Below the pieces are notes generated by a model, which worked only from the letters and a program-made list of their open reading frames with translations, had not been told where the DNA came from and did not search any database. The position numbers were made by a program, and so were the translations under genes. Source: Chiloscyllium plagiosum (Eukaryota). From it: a stretch of 64,000 bases of DNA. Location: contig NC_057719.1 of the NCBI RefSeq assembly GCF_004010195.1, positions 4,950,818 to 5,014,817 on the forward strand, given 5' to 3'. Shown piece by piece: positions 1 to 11,105 of the stretch (positions are counted from its first letter, which is position 1; each line of letters starts with the position of its first letter).

Positions 1-1010
1 GAGGTTTGAAATGTGGAAATGCTGTTACACTCCAGTTACCACACAATCTTTCACTTGCTCAAAGGATAACCTAACTGATACATTGTTGACATATCCATTT
101 GATTTTGCTCTCATCATTTTGTTGGAATAGGAGATGTAAATGCTAATTGACAAGTTGCAAACCTCTGATGTTGCCTGTGTAAGCTGGGCTTGCTTACAGT
201 TTGGGCCACCCACTCATTGTAAGTCCCTCACTGGCAGGTTGGATCAGACCCAGTAGTCTTTATGCAGCTCAGTAAGCTTCCGTTACTTTGTTCTGTGGGT
301 AAAATAAGCAGCTGTGGCAGCCAGTGTGTGAAAGATGTTAAAAATGCTTCATCTTAAAGTGGCAATCAACTATTTGTGCAAACTCCCTATCCATTCTATA
401 ACCATCTGTAGCCTTTTGGAGTTTAACTTTCATAGGAACAGGAGGAACCATTCAGCCCCTTGAATCTGCCCTGCCATTCCGTTAGCCCCTGATGGTCTGT
501 ACCTTAACCCTATCCACCTGCATTGGCTCGATTTCCCTTAAGATTAATGGCTAGCAAAACTCTATCGTGGAATGTTAGTTGGGAATAGGTTGCACACTTT
601 AACCACCCTTTGTATAAGCTTTTTTCCTCTGTGTGGTCTTGCTCTGATTTTAAGATGTCCTTGACCTAAATTCTCCCAGCAGTTTGAAAAAGCTTCCCCT
701 GACCTGTCCTGCCACTGTCCGAAATGTCGCTGGAAGTCACCACATGTATGTCCCAGCGTGCAGACCCAGTGATGGAGCAGACAGAGAAGAATAATCTGCA
801 GTAAAATTGAAGCCAGACTTCCCCTTGATGATGTCAAGAGGCACTTCACACACAATGTGGAACCCTCTTCGGCCAAAATGCTGGTGAGGCTGGGGAAATA
901 ATGGAAACTTTCAAAACTACATCAGGAAGTTGTTTTAAGTGAGAATATTGAGGTATATGGAACTAAGGTTGTCAGAATTAAGACCCTTTTTGAATTCGTT
1001 CGTAGGAGGA

Positions 1011-1546
1011 CATTGGTTAGGCCACTGTTGGAATATTGCGTGTAATTCTGGTCTCCCTATCAGAAAGATGTTGTGAAACTTGAAAGGGTTCAGAAAAGAT
1101 TTACAAGGATGTTGCCAGGGTTGGAGGGTTTGAGTTATAGGGAGAGGCTGAACAGGCTGGGGCTGTTTTCCCTGGAGCATCGGAAGCTGAGGGGTGACCT
1201 TATAGAGGTTTACAAAATTGAGGGGCATGGATAGGGAAAATAGGCAAGGTCGGGGAGTCCAGAACTAGAGAGCATAGGTTTAGGGTGAGAGAGGAAAGAT
1301 ATAAAAGAGACCTACGGGGCAACTTTTTCACAGAGGGTGGTACGTGTATGGAATGAGCTGCCAAAGGAAGTGGTGGAGGCTGGTACAATTGCAACATTTA
1401 AGAGGCTTTGGGTGGGTTTATGATTAGGAAGGGTTTGGACCGATATGGGCCGGGTGCTGACAGGTGGGACTAGATTGGGTTGGGATATCTGATCGGCATG
1501 GACGGGTTGGACCGAAGGGTCTGTTTCCATGCTGTACATCTCTATG
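1011..1546 (+). mobile_element. CR1-clade LINE (HER1-like), 5'-truncated 3' end
   Basis: Encodes remnants of LVRPLLEYC..FW/LERVQKRFTRMLPGL; ends ...gaagggtctgtttccatgctgtacatctctatg. Confidence 0.9.
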
Positions 1547-1547
1547 T

Positions 1548-1830
1548 TGCTGACTGGACCAGCAGTTATTGCCTGTCCCTAGTTGCCCTTGAGAAGGTGG
1601 GGTGAGCTGCTGCCTTGAACCAGTGCAGTCCATGTGCTGTAGGTTGACTCACAATGTCCTTATGGAGGGAATTCTAGGATTCTGACCCAGTGACAGTGAA
1701 GGAACGGTGATATATTTCCAAGTTGGGATGGTTGGTGGTTTGGAGGAGAACTTGCTGCCCTTGTCCTTTTAGATGGGTGTGGTTGTGGATTTGGAGGGTG
1801 CTGTCTGAGGATCTTCAGTGATTACAGAGG
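1548..1830 (-). mobile_element. 3' end of a second, older CR1/L2-group LINE family
   Basis: Same ttattgcccatccctaattgcccttgagaaggtgg... block recurs at 43885, 46700, 55630, 58110, 59215. Confidence 0.65.
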
Positions 1831-2093
1831 CACCATCTAATTGAGTCTGGAGTAGGTTAGATGGGTGGAATGGCAGCTTGTGTTTCAGTCCTTGATCTGT
1901 CATCCAGGGTTGCCAAACTAAATCAACTCCGTGATCAATCACTTTGAGACTACCCTGCCAGTTTGTATATTGCATTGTAGAGTGCATTCGCCGTCTTCAA
2001 TTGTCCCAGTATTTTATAGCCAATTAAACACTTCTGATTATGTAGGATATTAGGCAGCTTGTTTGCACACAGCAAGCTCTCACAAGCAGCATT

Positions 2094-2970
2094 GAGTCAT
2101 AGATGTACAGCAGAGAAACAGACCCTTCGGTCCAACTTATCCATACCGACCAGATATTCTAAACTAATCTAGTTCGCATTTACCAGCACTTTGTCCATTT
2201 CCCTGTAAACCCTTCCTATTCATATACCCATCCAGATGCCTTTGAAATGCTGTAAATCTTCCAGCCTCCTCCACTTCCTCTGGCAACTCATTCCATACAT
2301 GTGTGTGGAAAAAGCAGCCCCATAGGTCCCTTTTAAATCTTTCCCCTCTCGCCTTATACCTATGCCCTCGAGTTTTTAACTCACCTACCCTGGGAAAAAG
2401 ACCTTGGCTATTCACCCTACCCATGCCCCTCATGATTTTATAAATCTCCATAAGGTCACCTCTCAACCTTCGACACTCCAGGGCAAATAACCCCAGCCTA
2501 TTCAGCCTCTCCCTACAGCCTCAACTCCATCCTCGGCAACATCCTTGTCAGTCTTTTCCGAACCCTTTCAGGTTTAACAATACCTTTTTCTATAGCAGGG
2601 TGACCAGAATTGAACATAGTATTCCAAAAGTGGCCTAACTAATGTCCTATACAATTACAATATGACCTACTAACTCCTTTACTGAATACACTGACCAATA
2701 AAGTTAAAAATCACACGACACCAGGTTATAGTCCAACAGATTTATTTAGAAGCACTGGCTTTCAGAGCGCTGCTTCATCAAGACAGCTACCTGATGAAGG
2801 AGCGGTGCTCCAAAAGCTAGTGATCCCAAATAAACCTGTTGGACTATAACCTGGGGTTGTGATTTTTTTTAAAAAACTTTTGTCCACGCCAGTCTGACAC
2901 CGGCTCCTCCACATCATGGCTGACCAATAAAGGCAAACATACAAAACGCTTTCTTCACCACCCTGTCTAC
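2094..2970 (-). mobile_element. CR1 LINE 3' fragment interrupted by a Penelope-derived element
   Basis: ORF 2164..2466 RGDLMEIYKIMRG...TRGH...VWNELPEEV; starts with gagtcatagatgtacag tail. Confidence 0.9.
2704..2919. mobile_element. Fold-back Penelope-derived element, family A, with 13-bp TSD
   Basis: Inverted arms acaccaggttatagtccaaca / tgttggactataacctgg; CTGATGA core at 2791; TSD CTGACCAATAAAG at 2691-2703 and 2920-2932. Confidence 0.75.
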
Positions 2971-3118
2971 AGTGAAAATGACACGAGCAAGTGAGTGTAT
3001 CCCCTATACATCCTGTTCTGGTCCTGCTAGAATTACTGCGCTTACACCACCTTGGAAGAATTGGAGTTTCGAAGGTGTATCTGCTTTCCCGCAGCTTCTG
3101 ACAAAGCTCCTCTCTCAT

Positions 3119-3436
3119 GGGGCCGCACGGTGGCTCAGTGGTTAGCACTGCTGCCTCACAGCACCAGGGACCCGGGTTCGATTCCAGCCTCTGGCATCTG
3201 TGTGCAAACGCCGCACAGACATTCTTCCCATGTCGGTGTGGGTTTCCTCCCACAGTCAAAAGATGTGCAAGTCAGGTGAACTGGGCAGTTTAGCATGGCT
3301 ATAGTGTTAGGGGCATTAGTCAAGGGTAAATATAGGGTAGAGGAATGGGTCTGGGTGGGTTACTCTTCAGAGGGCCAGTGTGCACTGGTTGGGTCGAAGG
3401 GCCTGTTTCCATACTGTAGGGAATCTAATCTAGTCT
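3119..3436 (+). mobile_element. HE1/V-SINE (tRNA-derived)
   Basis: A box tggctcagtgg, B box ggttcgattcc, V-domain gtgggtttcctcccacagtc, CR1-like tail with (aatct)n. Confidence 0.9.
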
Positions 3437-3484
3437 AAAACATATGCCCTGCCTGAGGGCTGTAACTGGGTGCTTAGCCAGACC

Positions 3485-3735
3485 AGAATCTGGGTTCAAT
3501 TCCCGCCTCAGGCGACTGACTGTGTGGAGTTTGCACGTTCTCCCCGTGTCTGCGTGGGTTTCCTCCGGGTGCTCCGGTTTCCTCCCACAGTCCAAAAGAT
3601 GTGCAGGTGAGGTGAATTGGCCATGCTAAATTGCCCGTAGTGTTAAGTAAGGGGTAAATGTAGGGGTATGGGTGGGTTTCGCTTCGGCGGGTCGGTGTGG
3701 ACTTGTTGGGCCGAAGGGCCTGTTTCCACACTGTC
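3485..3735 (+). mobile_element. HE1/V-SINE, truncated
   Basis: B box and complete V-domain; tail to cctgtttccacactgt. Confidence 0.88.
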
Positions 3736-3736
3736 T

Positions 3737-4016
3737 CAGCGCCAGGGACCCGGGTTTGATTCCAGTCTCAGGCATCTGTGTGCAAACGCCACACAGACAT
3801 TCTCCCCATGTCTGCGTGGGTTTCCTCCCACAGTCCAAAGATGTGCAAGTCAGGTGAACTGGGCAGTTTAGCATGGCTATAGTGTTAGGGGCATTAGTCA
3901 AGGGTAAATATAGGGTAGAGGAATGGGTCTGGGTGGGTTACTCTTCAGAGGGTCAGTGTGCACTGGTTGGGCCGAAGGGCCTGTTTCCATACTGTAGGGA
4001 ATATAATCTAGTCTAA
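3737..4016 (+). mobile_element. HE1/V-SINE, duplicate of the 3119 copy
   Basis: Shares private inversions and downstream flank with the 3119 copy. Confidence 0.88.
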
Positions 4017-4668
4017 AACATATGCCCTGCCTGAGGGCTGTAACTGGGTGCTTAGCCAGACCATGGCTGTAAAAGTATGGCCACCAACCACTAAAGATCC
4101 AATCAGCTTGGATTAGAGCAGCAAGCATATCTGGGAGTGTTGCCGGACTGGTGGACATGATGGAGTATAGGAGGGATATAGAAATGCTGAGTGAGTTTTA
4201 AAATCCAACCTTTGCTCTTTGTGAGCCAGTGTAAAGCTTAGTGAGCATAGGGGCAGGGTCTGTGTTTTTAACACTCATGTTTATGGACTGTGGATGATGG
4301 GAGGCTGCTGAAAGATATTGGAATAATCAACATTGGTGGTTTAACAATAAATCCGGATTAGCAGCCAATTCAGGAATGATGTGTGGGTGGGATTTGATGC
4401 AAGTTAGAACGTAGACTTGATCATGCAAAGTTGGACAGTCAATGTCGGTCAGAATGGAGGAGTGTTTTGGAGGTTCACGTTTTGCAACAACAAAGGCATG
4501 GATGTGAGTTTGACAAATTTGCAGGTGACTCAAAACTTGAAAAAGCAGAGAGAAGACCATACTAAACCTCGAAAGGACATCAACAGGTTAGAGAAATGGG
4601 TGGATGTGTGTGGTGGGTGAAATTCAACAGAAACCGTTTGAGTCAACAAGCCTTACAGGATCAAAGAG

Positions 4669-5183
4669 AAGTCACATCACACCAGGCTATAGTCCAATAG
4701 GTTTATTTGAAATCATAAGTTTTCAGAGTGTAGCTCCTTCATCAGAGCGGCATATGGGCGGTACAGTGGCACAGTGCTTAGCACTGCTGCCCCACAGCAC
4801 CAGAGACCCAGGTTCAATTCCCGCCTCAGGTGACTGTGCAAACTCCACACAGACAGACATTCTCCCCGTGTCTGCGTGGGTTTCCTCCAGGCATTCCGGT
4901 TTCCTCCCACAGTCCAAAGATGTGCAGGTTAGGTGAATTGGCCATGCTAAATTGCCCGTAGTGTTAGATGAAGGGGTAAATGTAGGGGAATGGGTCTGGG
5001 TGGGTTGCTCTTCGGAGGGTCGGTGTGGACTTGTTGGGCCGAAGGGCCTGTTTCCACACTGTAGAGAATCTAATCTAATCTAAGGTGCACTGCTTGTGAT
5101 TTCAAATAAACCTGTTGGATTATAACCTGCTCTCATGTGACTTGTGACTTTGTCCACCCCAGTCCAACATTGCACCTCCACAT
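4669..5183. mobile_element. Family A Penelope-derived fold-back element split by a V-SINE; 13-bp TSD
   Basis: TSD CAGGATCAAAGAG at 4656-4668 and 5184-5196; minus-strand CTGATGA...GAAA core at 4721-4745. Confidence 0.75.
4756..5082 (+). mobile_element. HE1/V-SINE, full length
   Basis: A/B boxes, V-domain, (aatct)n tail. Confidence 0.9.
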
Positions 5184-5809
5184 CAGGATCAAAGAGGAAA
5201 GACAATAGACACTGAAGGACACAATTTTACAACCTGCACCTTTGACCAGGCAATGGGTTACCTGCTCTAATATCCTCTTCTAATTGTTCCTTGGAACCAC
5301 CTTGATTTATTTGTGGGTCAGTACTTATTACCCGTACTTGGAACTGTCTGTGTGGTTCAAGTGCACTATTGGTGGTGCTGGGTCCTGTATTTCGTCTGAG
5401 ATGAAGAAAGACTAGCGTATAGTCCTGGGATGTACTGTTGAGCGGCAGGGGGAGGGAAGTGGGTTAAGTGGAGGGGGTGGGTTCCTCCAATGGGCACAAG
5501 GAGCCCCTACCCCATGAAGGAGGTAGCTTCCTTCCTGGCTGACAGCAGCCTGCCTCAACCTTCTGCGGTAAAGTGGACGCTCGCAGCAGCATTGGAATGA
5601 GAGTCTTATTTAGCCTTTTAAAAGGCCGCTTCAGGCCTGCCGGCATCCTAACGGTGGGCGGTGTCTGATGCCTCCGTCTCTCACCCAAACCTGAGACACA
5701 CAGGCTAACCCAGGGGTAGCAGGCACAGACCCCAGTGCCAATCCTGATCTGGACTCCCAGCCCCATGGGCACAGTTGGTGAGTCCTAATGTTCCCACCCA
5801 CTTCTTCCT

Positions 5810-5910
5810 GAAGGCAGTGGGGTTCTCCCTGGATGCTGCCTGACCTGCTGTGCTTTCTCCAGCTCCACTCTTTATCCACTCTGTCTCTCCAGCGCCTGTA
5901 GTCCTCACTA
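5810..5910 (+). mobile_element. Penelope-derived short element, family B fragment
   Basis: ggatgctgcctgacctgctgtgctttctccagc motif shared with 13911, 20470, 27905, 28545, 32470, 36805. Confidence 0.6.
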
Positions 5911-6077
5911 ATCTCCAGGCAGTGAGAAGACCACCTGCTTCATTTTTAAGTGCTCCTGCCCATCTTCAAGTGCGCTGACTGCCTAAACCTATTTTTCTAA
6001 TCAACATATTCGGAGATGTTAGTACTCACCTCTGGAGTAGGTGGGACTTGACTCCAGATCTACAGCCAAGGGTCATT

Positions 6078-6405
6078 ATTGAATCCCCTCAGTGTGGAAA
6101 CAGGCCATTCGGCCAAACAGGTCCACACTGACTCACCAAAGAGCATCCCACCCAGACTCGCCCCTATTCCATCCCTGTAACCCTGCATTTCCCATAGCTA
6201 ACCCAACTAATGTGCACATCCCTGGCCACTGTGGGCAATGCCCCAAGATCAGTCCACCTAACCTGCACCTCTTTTGACTCGGGGAAGAAACCTACGCGGA
6301 CATGGAGACTGTGCAAACATCAGACAGTCGTCTGAGATTGGAATTGAACCTGGGTCCCTGGCACTGTGACACTGCGGTGCTAACCATGAAGCCACCGTGC
6401 TGCCC
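6078..6405 (-). mobile_element. HE1/V-SINE, diverged
   Basis: gtgtggaaacaggccattcggcc ... ccaccgtgctgccc. Confidence 0.8.
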
Positions 6406-6812
6406 AAAAATGTGGGTTTATTGAGATGGGTTTACTGGAATTTGAGCGATCCAGCAGGAAATAATTTAAAAACTGCAAGTTAAGGACATGTAGTTGGCAG
6501 GGTTAAACCTGGGGGTTCTGGTCCAGGGATAGGGATACTATCACTGCACCACAAGAAGGCCCTTTCTCTCCCCTCTTGCCTGTTGAATTGGTGACCTTGG
6601 CTGCAACTTGCACAGGTGATTACGAGAGACAGGGCAGCGTGTTGTACAGTTCCTTGACGTTTCTCAAATATGGAATGATTAGAACTGGATATTGAGTCAC
6701 CTGCTCATACCTCTGATGTTTGGGCTGGGAGTGAGTTGATGATTACACTGGAATGGGTTGAGGGTTTTTTTTTTTTTGCAGATGGATCTGACCTGAGCAC
6801 TTACTTTTTTTT

Positions 6813-7123
6813 AAGATTACTTAGTGTGGAAACAGGCCGTTTGGCCCATCAAGTCTACACTGACCCGCTGCAGCACAACTCATCGAGACCCATTCCCCTA
6901 CATTTACCCCTTCACCTAACACTACGGGCAATTTAGCATGGCCAATTCACCTGACCTGCACATTTTTGGACTGTGGGAGGAAACCGGAGCACCCGGAGGA
7001 AACCCACGCAGACACAGGGAGAATGTGCAAACTCCACACAGTTAGTCACCTGAGATGGGAATTGAACCCGGGTCTCTAGTGCTGTGAGGCAGCAGTGCTA
7101 ACCACTGTGCCATCGTGCTGCCC
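6813..7123 (-). mobile_element. HE1/V-SINE
   Basis: Reverse-complement A/B boxes and V-domain. Confidence 0.9.
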
Positions 7124-7752
7124 ACTTTTCCCATTGGCATTAACCTTTCCGATTTGACTGTGAAACTTCTCTGACATAAATCAGCCAAGATTGTCCTTGA
7201 GATGTGGGCCAGCGTTTATTGCCCATCTTTTGTTGCCCTGAGAGCAGTTAAGGAGTCAAAGGCTGGAGTCACATGTAGGCCAGACTGGATAAAGATGGGA
7301 GATATGCTGCCTGAAAGGTCATGAATGAAAAGAACAGATTTTTGTGACAATCAGCATGGCTGCTATGAGAAAAGATGAGCCGTTTATTCCAGATTTATTT
7401 TCATTGAAGTTACCTGCTGTAATGAGATTTGAACTCCTGTTTCTTCCAGCTCTTGGGTTTCTGGATTACAGACTCCGAGACATCACCATGAGACCACTGT
7501 CTCCCAGACTGTACCCAACAAGGGGAAAAGAAAATACATCCCAAACTGTTATGACACAAATAACTTCAGTCGTGTTTATACCTCACCACCTCTTGACTTT
7601 ACTTTCCTTCTTCAAGACAGTCCTGAGAATCGAGCAACACTATCTGGATTAAAATATTCTCATCCTTGTTTTGAAATCTCTCCTTGCTCTTACTCTTGCC
7701 CTTGCCCCCGCCCTTATCTCTGTCATCTCCAGCCCTTCTTGCTCTCTGTATT

Positions 7753-8568
7753 AGAGTCCATAGAGATGGAAACAGACCCTTCGATCCAACCTGTCCACGC
7801 CGACCAGATACCCCAACCCAATCTAGTCCCACCTGCCAGGACCTGGCCCATACCCCTCCAAACCCTTCCTATTCATATACCCATCCAAATGCCTGTTAAA
7901 TGGTGCAATTGTACCAGCCTCTACCACTTCCTCTGGCAGCTCATTCCATACACGTACCACCCTCTGCGTGAAAAAGATGCCTCTTAGGTCCCTTTTATAT
8001 CTTTCTCTTCTCACCCTAAACCGATGCCCTCTAGTTCTGGACTCCCCGAGCCCAGGGAAAAGGCTTTGTCTATTTATCCTATCTATGCATGTCATGGTTT
8101 TATAAACCTCTATATGGTCACCCCTTAGCCTCCGAAGCTCCAGGGAAAACAGCCCCAGCCTGTTCAGCCTCTCCCTGGCAATATCCTTGAAAGGGTTGAG
8201 AAAAGATTTACAAGTTTCACAACATCTTTCTGATAGGAAGGAGACCAGAATTGCACGCAATATTCCAACAGTGGCCTAACCAATGTCCTGTACAGCCGCA
8301 ATATGACCTTCCAACTCCTGTACTCAATACATTCACCATTAAAGGAAAGCATATCAAATGTCTTCTTCACTAACCTATCTACCTGTGACTCCATTTTCAA
8401 GGAGCTATGAACCTGCACTCCAAGGTCTCTTTGTTCAGCAACATTCCCTAGGACCTTACCACTAAGTCCTGCTAAGATTTGCTTTCCCAAAATGCAGCAC
8501 CTCGCATTTATCGGAATTAAACTCCATCCGCCACTTCTCAGCCTATTGGCCCATCTGGTCAAGATCCC
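7753..8568 (-). mobile_element. CR1 LINE 3' part
   Basis: ORFs 7823..8260 and 8164..8562 with QRDLGV, LYRTLVRPLLEYCVQFWSP, RVWNELPEEVV. Confidence 0.92.
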
Positions 8569-9287
8569 ATTTGATTTGAATCACTTTTTTGACTGTTCCT
8601 TGAGTCCCCCATACACTAAGTTCTGGAGATCACTCCCTACACCTCACCACCTTTCAACCTTGCTTTCCTTCTTTGAGACAAATCCTGAGAATCCAGCGGT
8701 TTATCCAATTACTTGGGCACCAGCCCTTACATCCAGTTATGTGACTCTGTCATACTTCATTTTTAATACTTTGTGACGTATCCGAGAGATGCCAGTGTTT
8801 GACTGGGGTGGACAAAGTCAGAAGTCACATGGCACCCAGATAAGCCTATTGGACTATGTCTTTCTGATGCTCTCTAAACATAATGAGTACATAGAATTCT
8901 GTTAGCAACATAAAAAAGGCATACTCTGGAATCCAGTGAGGTGTTTGTTAGTTATTTGAGCTTCAGTGGAATCGCTGGGTGGCCAGGGTTAGGTTGCACT
9001 ACGTTAAAACCTTTAGAATACTGTCAAAATGTTTAACTTCAGCACTTGCGCTGAATTCCGTTACGGTGAATTAGTTTAAGAAAAGTCCTTACTACTGGTG
9101 AATCATTCACCACGGATGTTTGTGGAACACTCTCACAGCTGCAGTCACCAGCAATTTATAGTGACTTGCTCAACAACAAAGCTCCTGTTTAGCTTCCATC
9201 GTGTACCAGATCACGCCCACCAAACTAGGAATTAATGCACTGAAATAAAATTGTTTTTGTACAGCTTTTTAAATCACATCCAGCTGA

Positions 9288-9585
9288 AGTGGCACAGTGG
9301 TTAGCACTGCTGCCTCACAGCGCCAGAGACCCGGGTTCAATTCCCGCCTCAGGCGACTGACTGTGTGGAGTTTGCACGTTCTCCCCATGTCTGCATGGGT
9401 TTCCTCCGGGTGCTCCGGTTTCCTCCCACAGTCCAAATATGTGCAGGTCAGGTGAATTGGCCTTGCTAAATTGTCCGTAGTGTTAGGTGTAAGGGGTAAA
9501 TGTAGGGGTATGGGTGGGTTGCGCTTCGGCGGGGCGGTGTGGACTTGTTGGGCCGAAGGGCCTGATTCCACACTGTAATGTAATC
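9288..9585 (+). mobile_element. HE1/V-SINE
   Basis: A/B boxes, V-domain, tail. Confidence 0.9.
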
Positions 9586-9607
9586 TTTAAACAAAAACTG
9601 GTATCAA

Positions 9608-9880
9608 TCATAGATCCCCTACACTGTGGAAGCAGGTCATTTGACCCATTGAGTCCACACCAACCCTCTGGAGAACATAGCCCCCCCATCCTATCCCTGC
9701 ATTTCCCATGGCCAATTCACCCTAACCTGCACATCTTTTGGACTGTGGGAGGAAACCGGAGCACCCGGAGGAAACCCGCACAGATACTGGGGGAAGTCCA
9801 CACAGACAGTCTCCTGAGAGTGGCATCGAACCTTGGTCCCTAGCCCGATGAGGCAGTAGTGTTAATCACTGAGCCACTGT
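9608..9880 (-). mobile_element. HE1/V-SINE, tail-to-tail with previous copy
   Basis: Reverse-complement V-domain tgtgggaggaaaccggagcacccggagg. Confidence 0.88.
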
Positions 9881-11105
9881 GTCTGGACTGATACTGTCCC
9901 AAAATATCTCATTAGTACTGACGGTTGTTTTCAATGCTGCTGATTTAAAAAATAAGTTGACCAGTTTTAACCACTTTGTAAATTACTCTAACTCAAACCG
10001 CATTCGCACATTATGTCTCTGTGCTCACTGATCGATACTGGCTCCAGCATAAGCACTATCTTGATTATAATCATCGCAACCTTGTTTTGATAACTCTCCT
10101 TGTCCCCGCCCCTCCCGTGCTGTCCTTATCTCTGTCATCTCCAGCCTTTCTTGCTCTCTATATTTCTCTAATTCTGGCCTGTTGTGTGTATTTGATTTGA
10201 ATCACTTTAGGCTTGAGTCTCCTGGACCTGAAGACCTGGGGATCAAATATGATTAAATAGAAGCATTTTCTATTTTCTGTACAAAGGGAAAATAAAATCT
10301 GCTTGCTTTGATTCATTCTCCCATCTTTTTCCAAAGGACCCTCGCCCTTCCATCAATTTCTGTCTTCTGACGAGAGAGGAAATTTGGGACCAGATTTTAG
10401 CAGCCCTCCCACTGATGTGTTTTTGATTCTATGAATGTGGCTTTTCATTAAAACTGACCCCTGCAACAATGAGTGTTCAGGGGAAAAGAATGATTGAAAA
10501 GTTCTGTGCAGTACTTAATTACTGCCTTTCACTTCTGAAGGCGTGCTCTAGAACTTTCTGCACCTCGAGCCCGAGCTGTTCCAGTCCAGCTACAACACTG
10601 GCATCGACCCAGCAATGAGGAAAATTGACGGGTTTGATTTCTGTCCAAAGCAGGACCTATTCAGACACCCCTGCCAAATTGATTCAGCCCACATTTTATT
10701 CAGGATTGGCTGCAAGTGTTGCACCCAGTTCCAGGAGAGCAACAACGCTGCCATTTACCCAGCCATTTCAAACATTGCTTAGTTTAGGTCCCATTCCACT
10801 CAAAAACAAAATCCAGTTTGGACACGTACTACCCAGCAGTTTGTTGCTCATCAACAAAATGATTTGAAGATCCCATCAACAACACCTGCAAACATTACTT
10901 ACTTTGCAAAGTCACCATGGTGCACCTGTCACTAAAGAGTGACACCTGGTGGTGAGTTTAACCTGAGGGTCACCATGCCGCAGGTGAGGTTAAGAAGGTG
11001 GGACCTTTATGGTAACCTCAGCTAGTGCAGGCAATAATCTTATCATCGATGTTTAGTTTGGGTTCAATCAGGGCCACTCAGCTCCTGACCGCATGACAGC
11101 CTTGG

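Noticed and set aside
25..213. Minus-strand ORF with YVNNVSVRL, superficially like the CCDC88 exon 3 motif VNNDVNLR
   Set aside because: Wrong strand and weak similarity; exon 3 was not found and probably lies upstream of the window.
3119..3195. SINE heads as tRNA genes
   Set aside because: A/B boxes are present but they continue into V-domain and LINE tail; these are SINEs.
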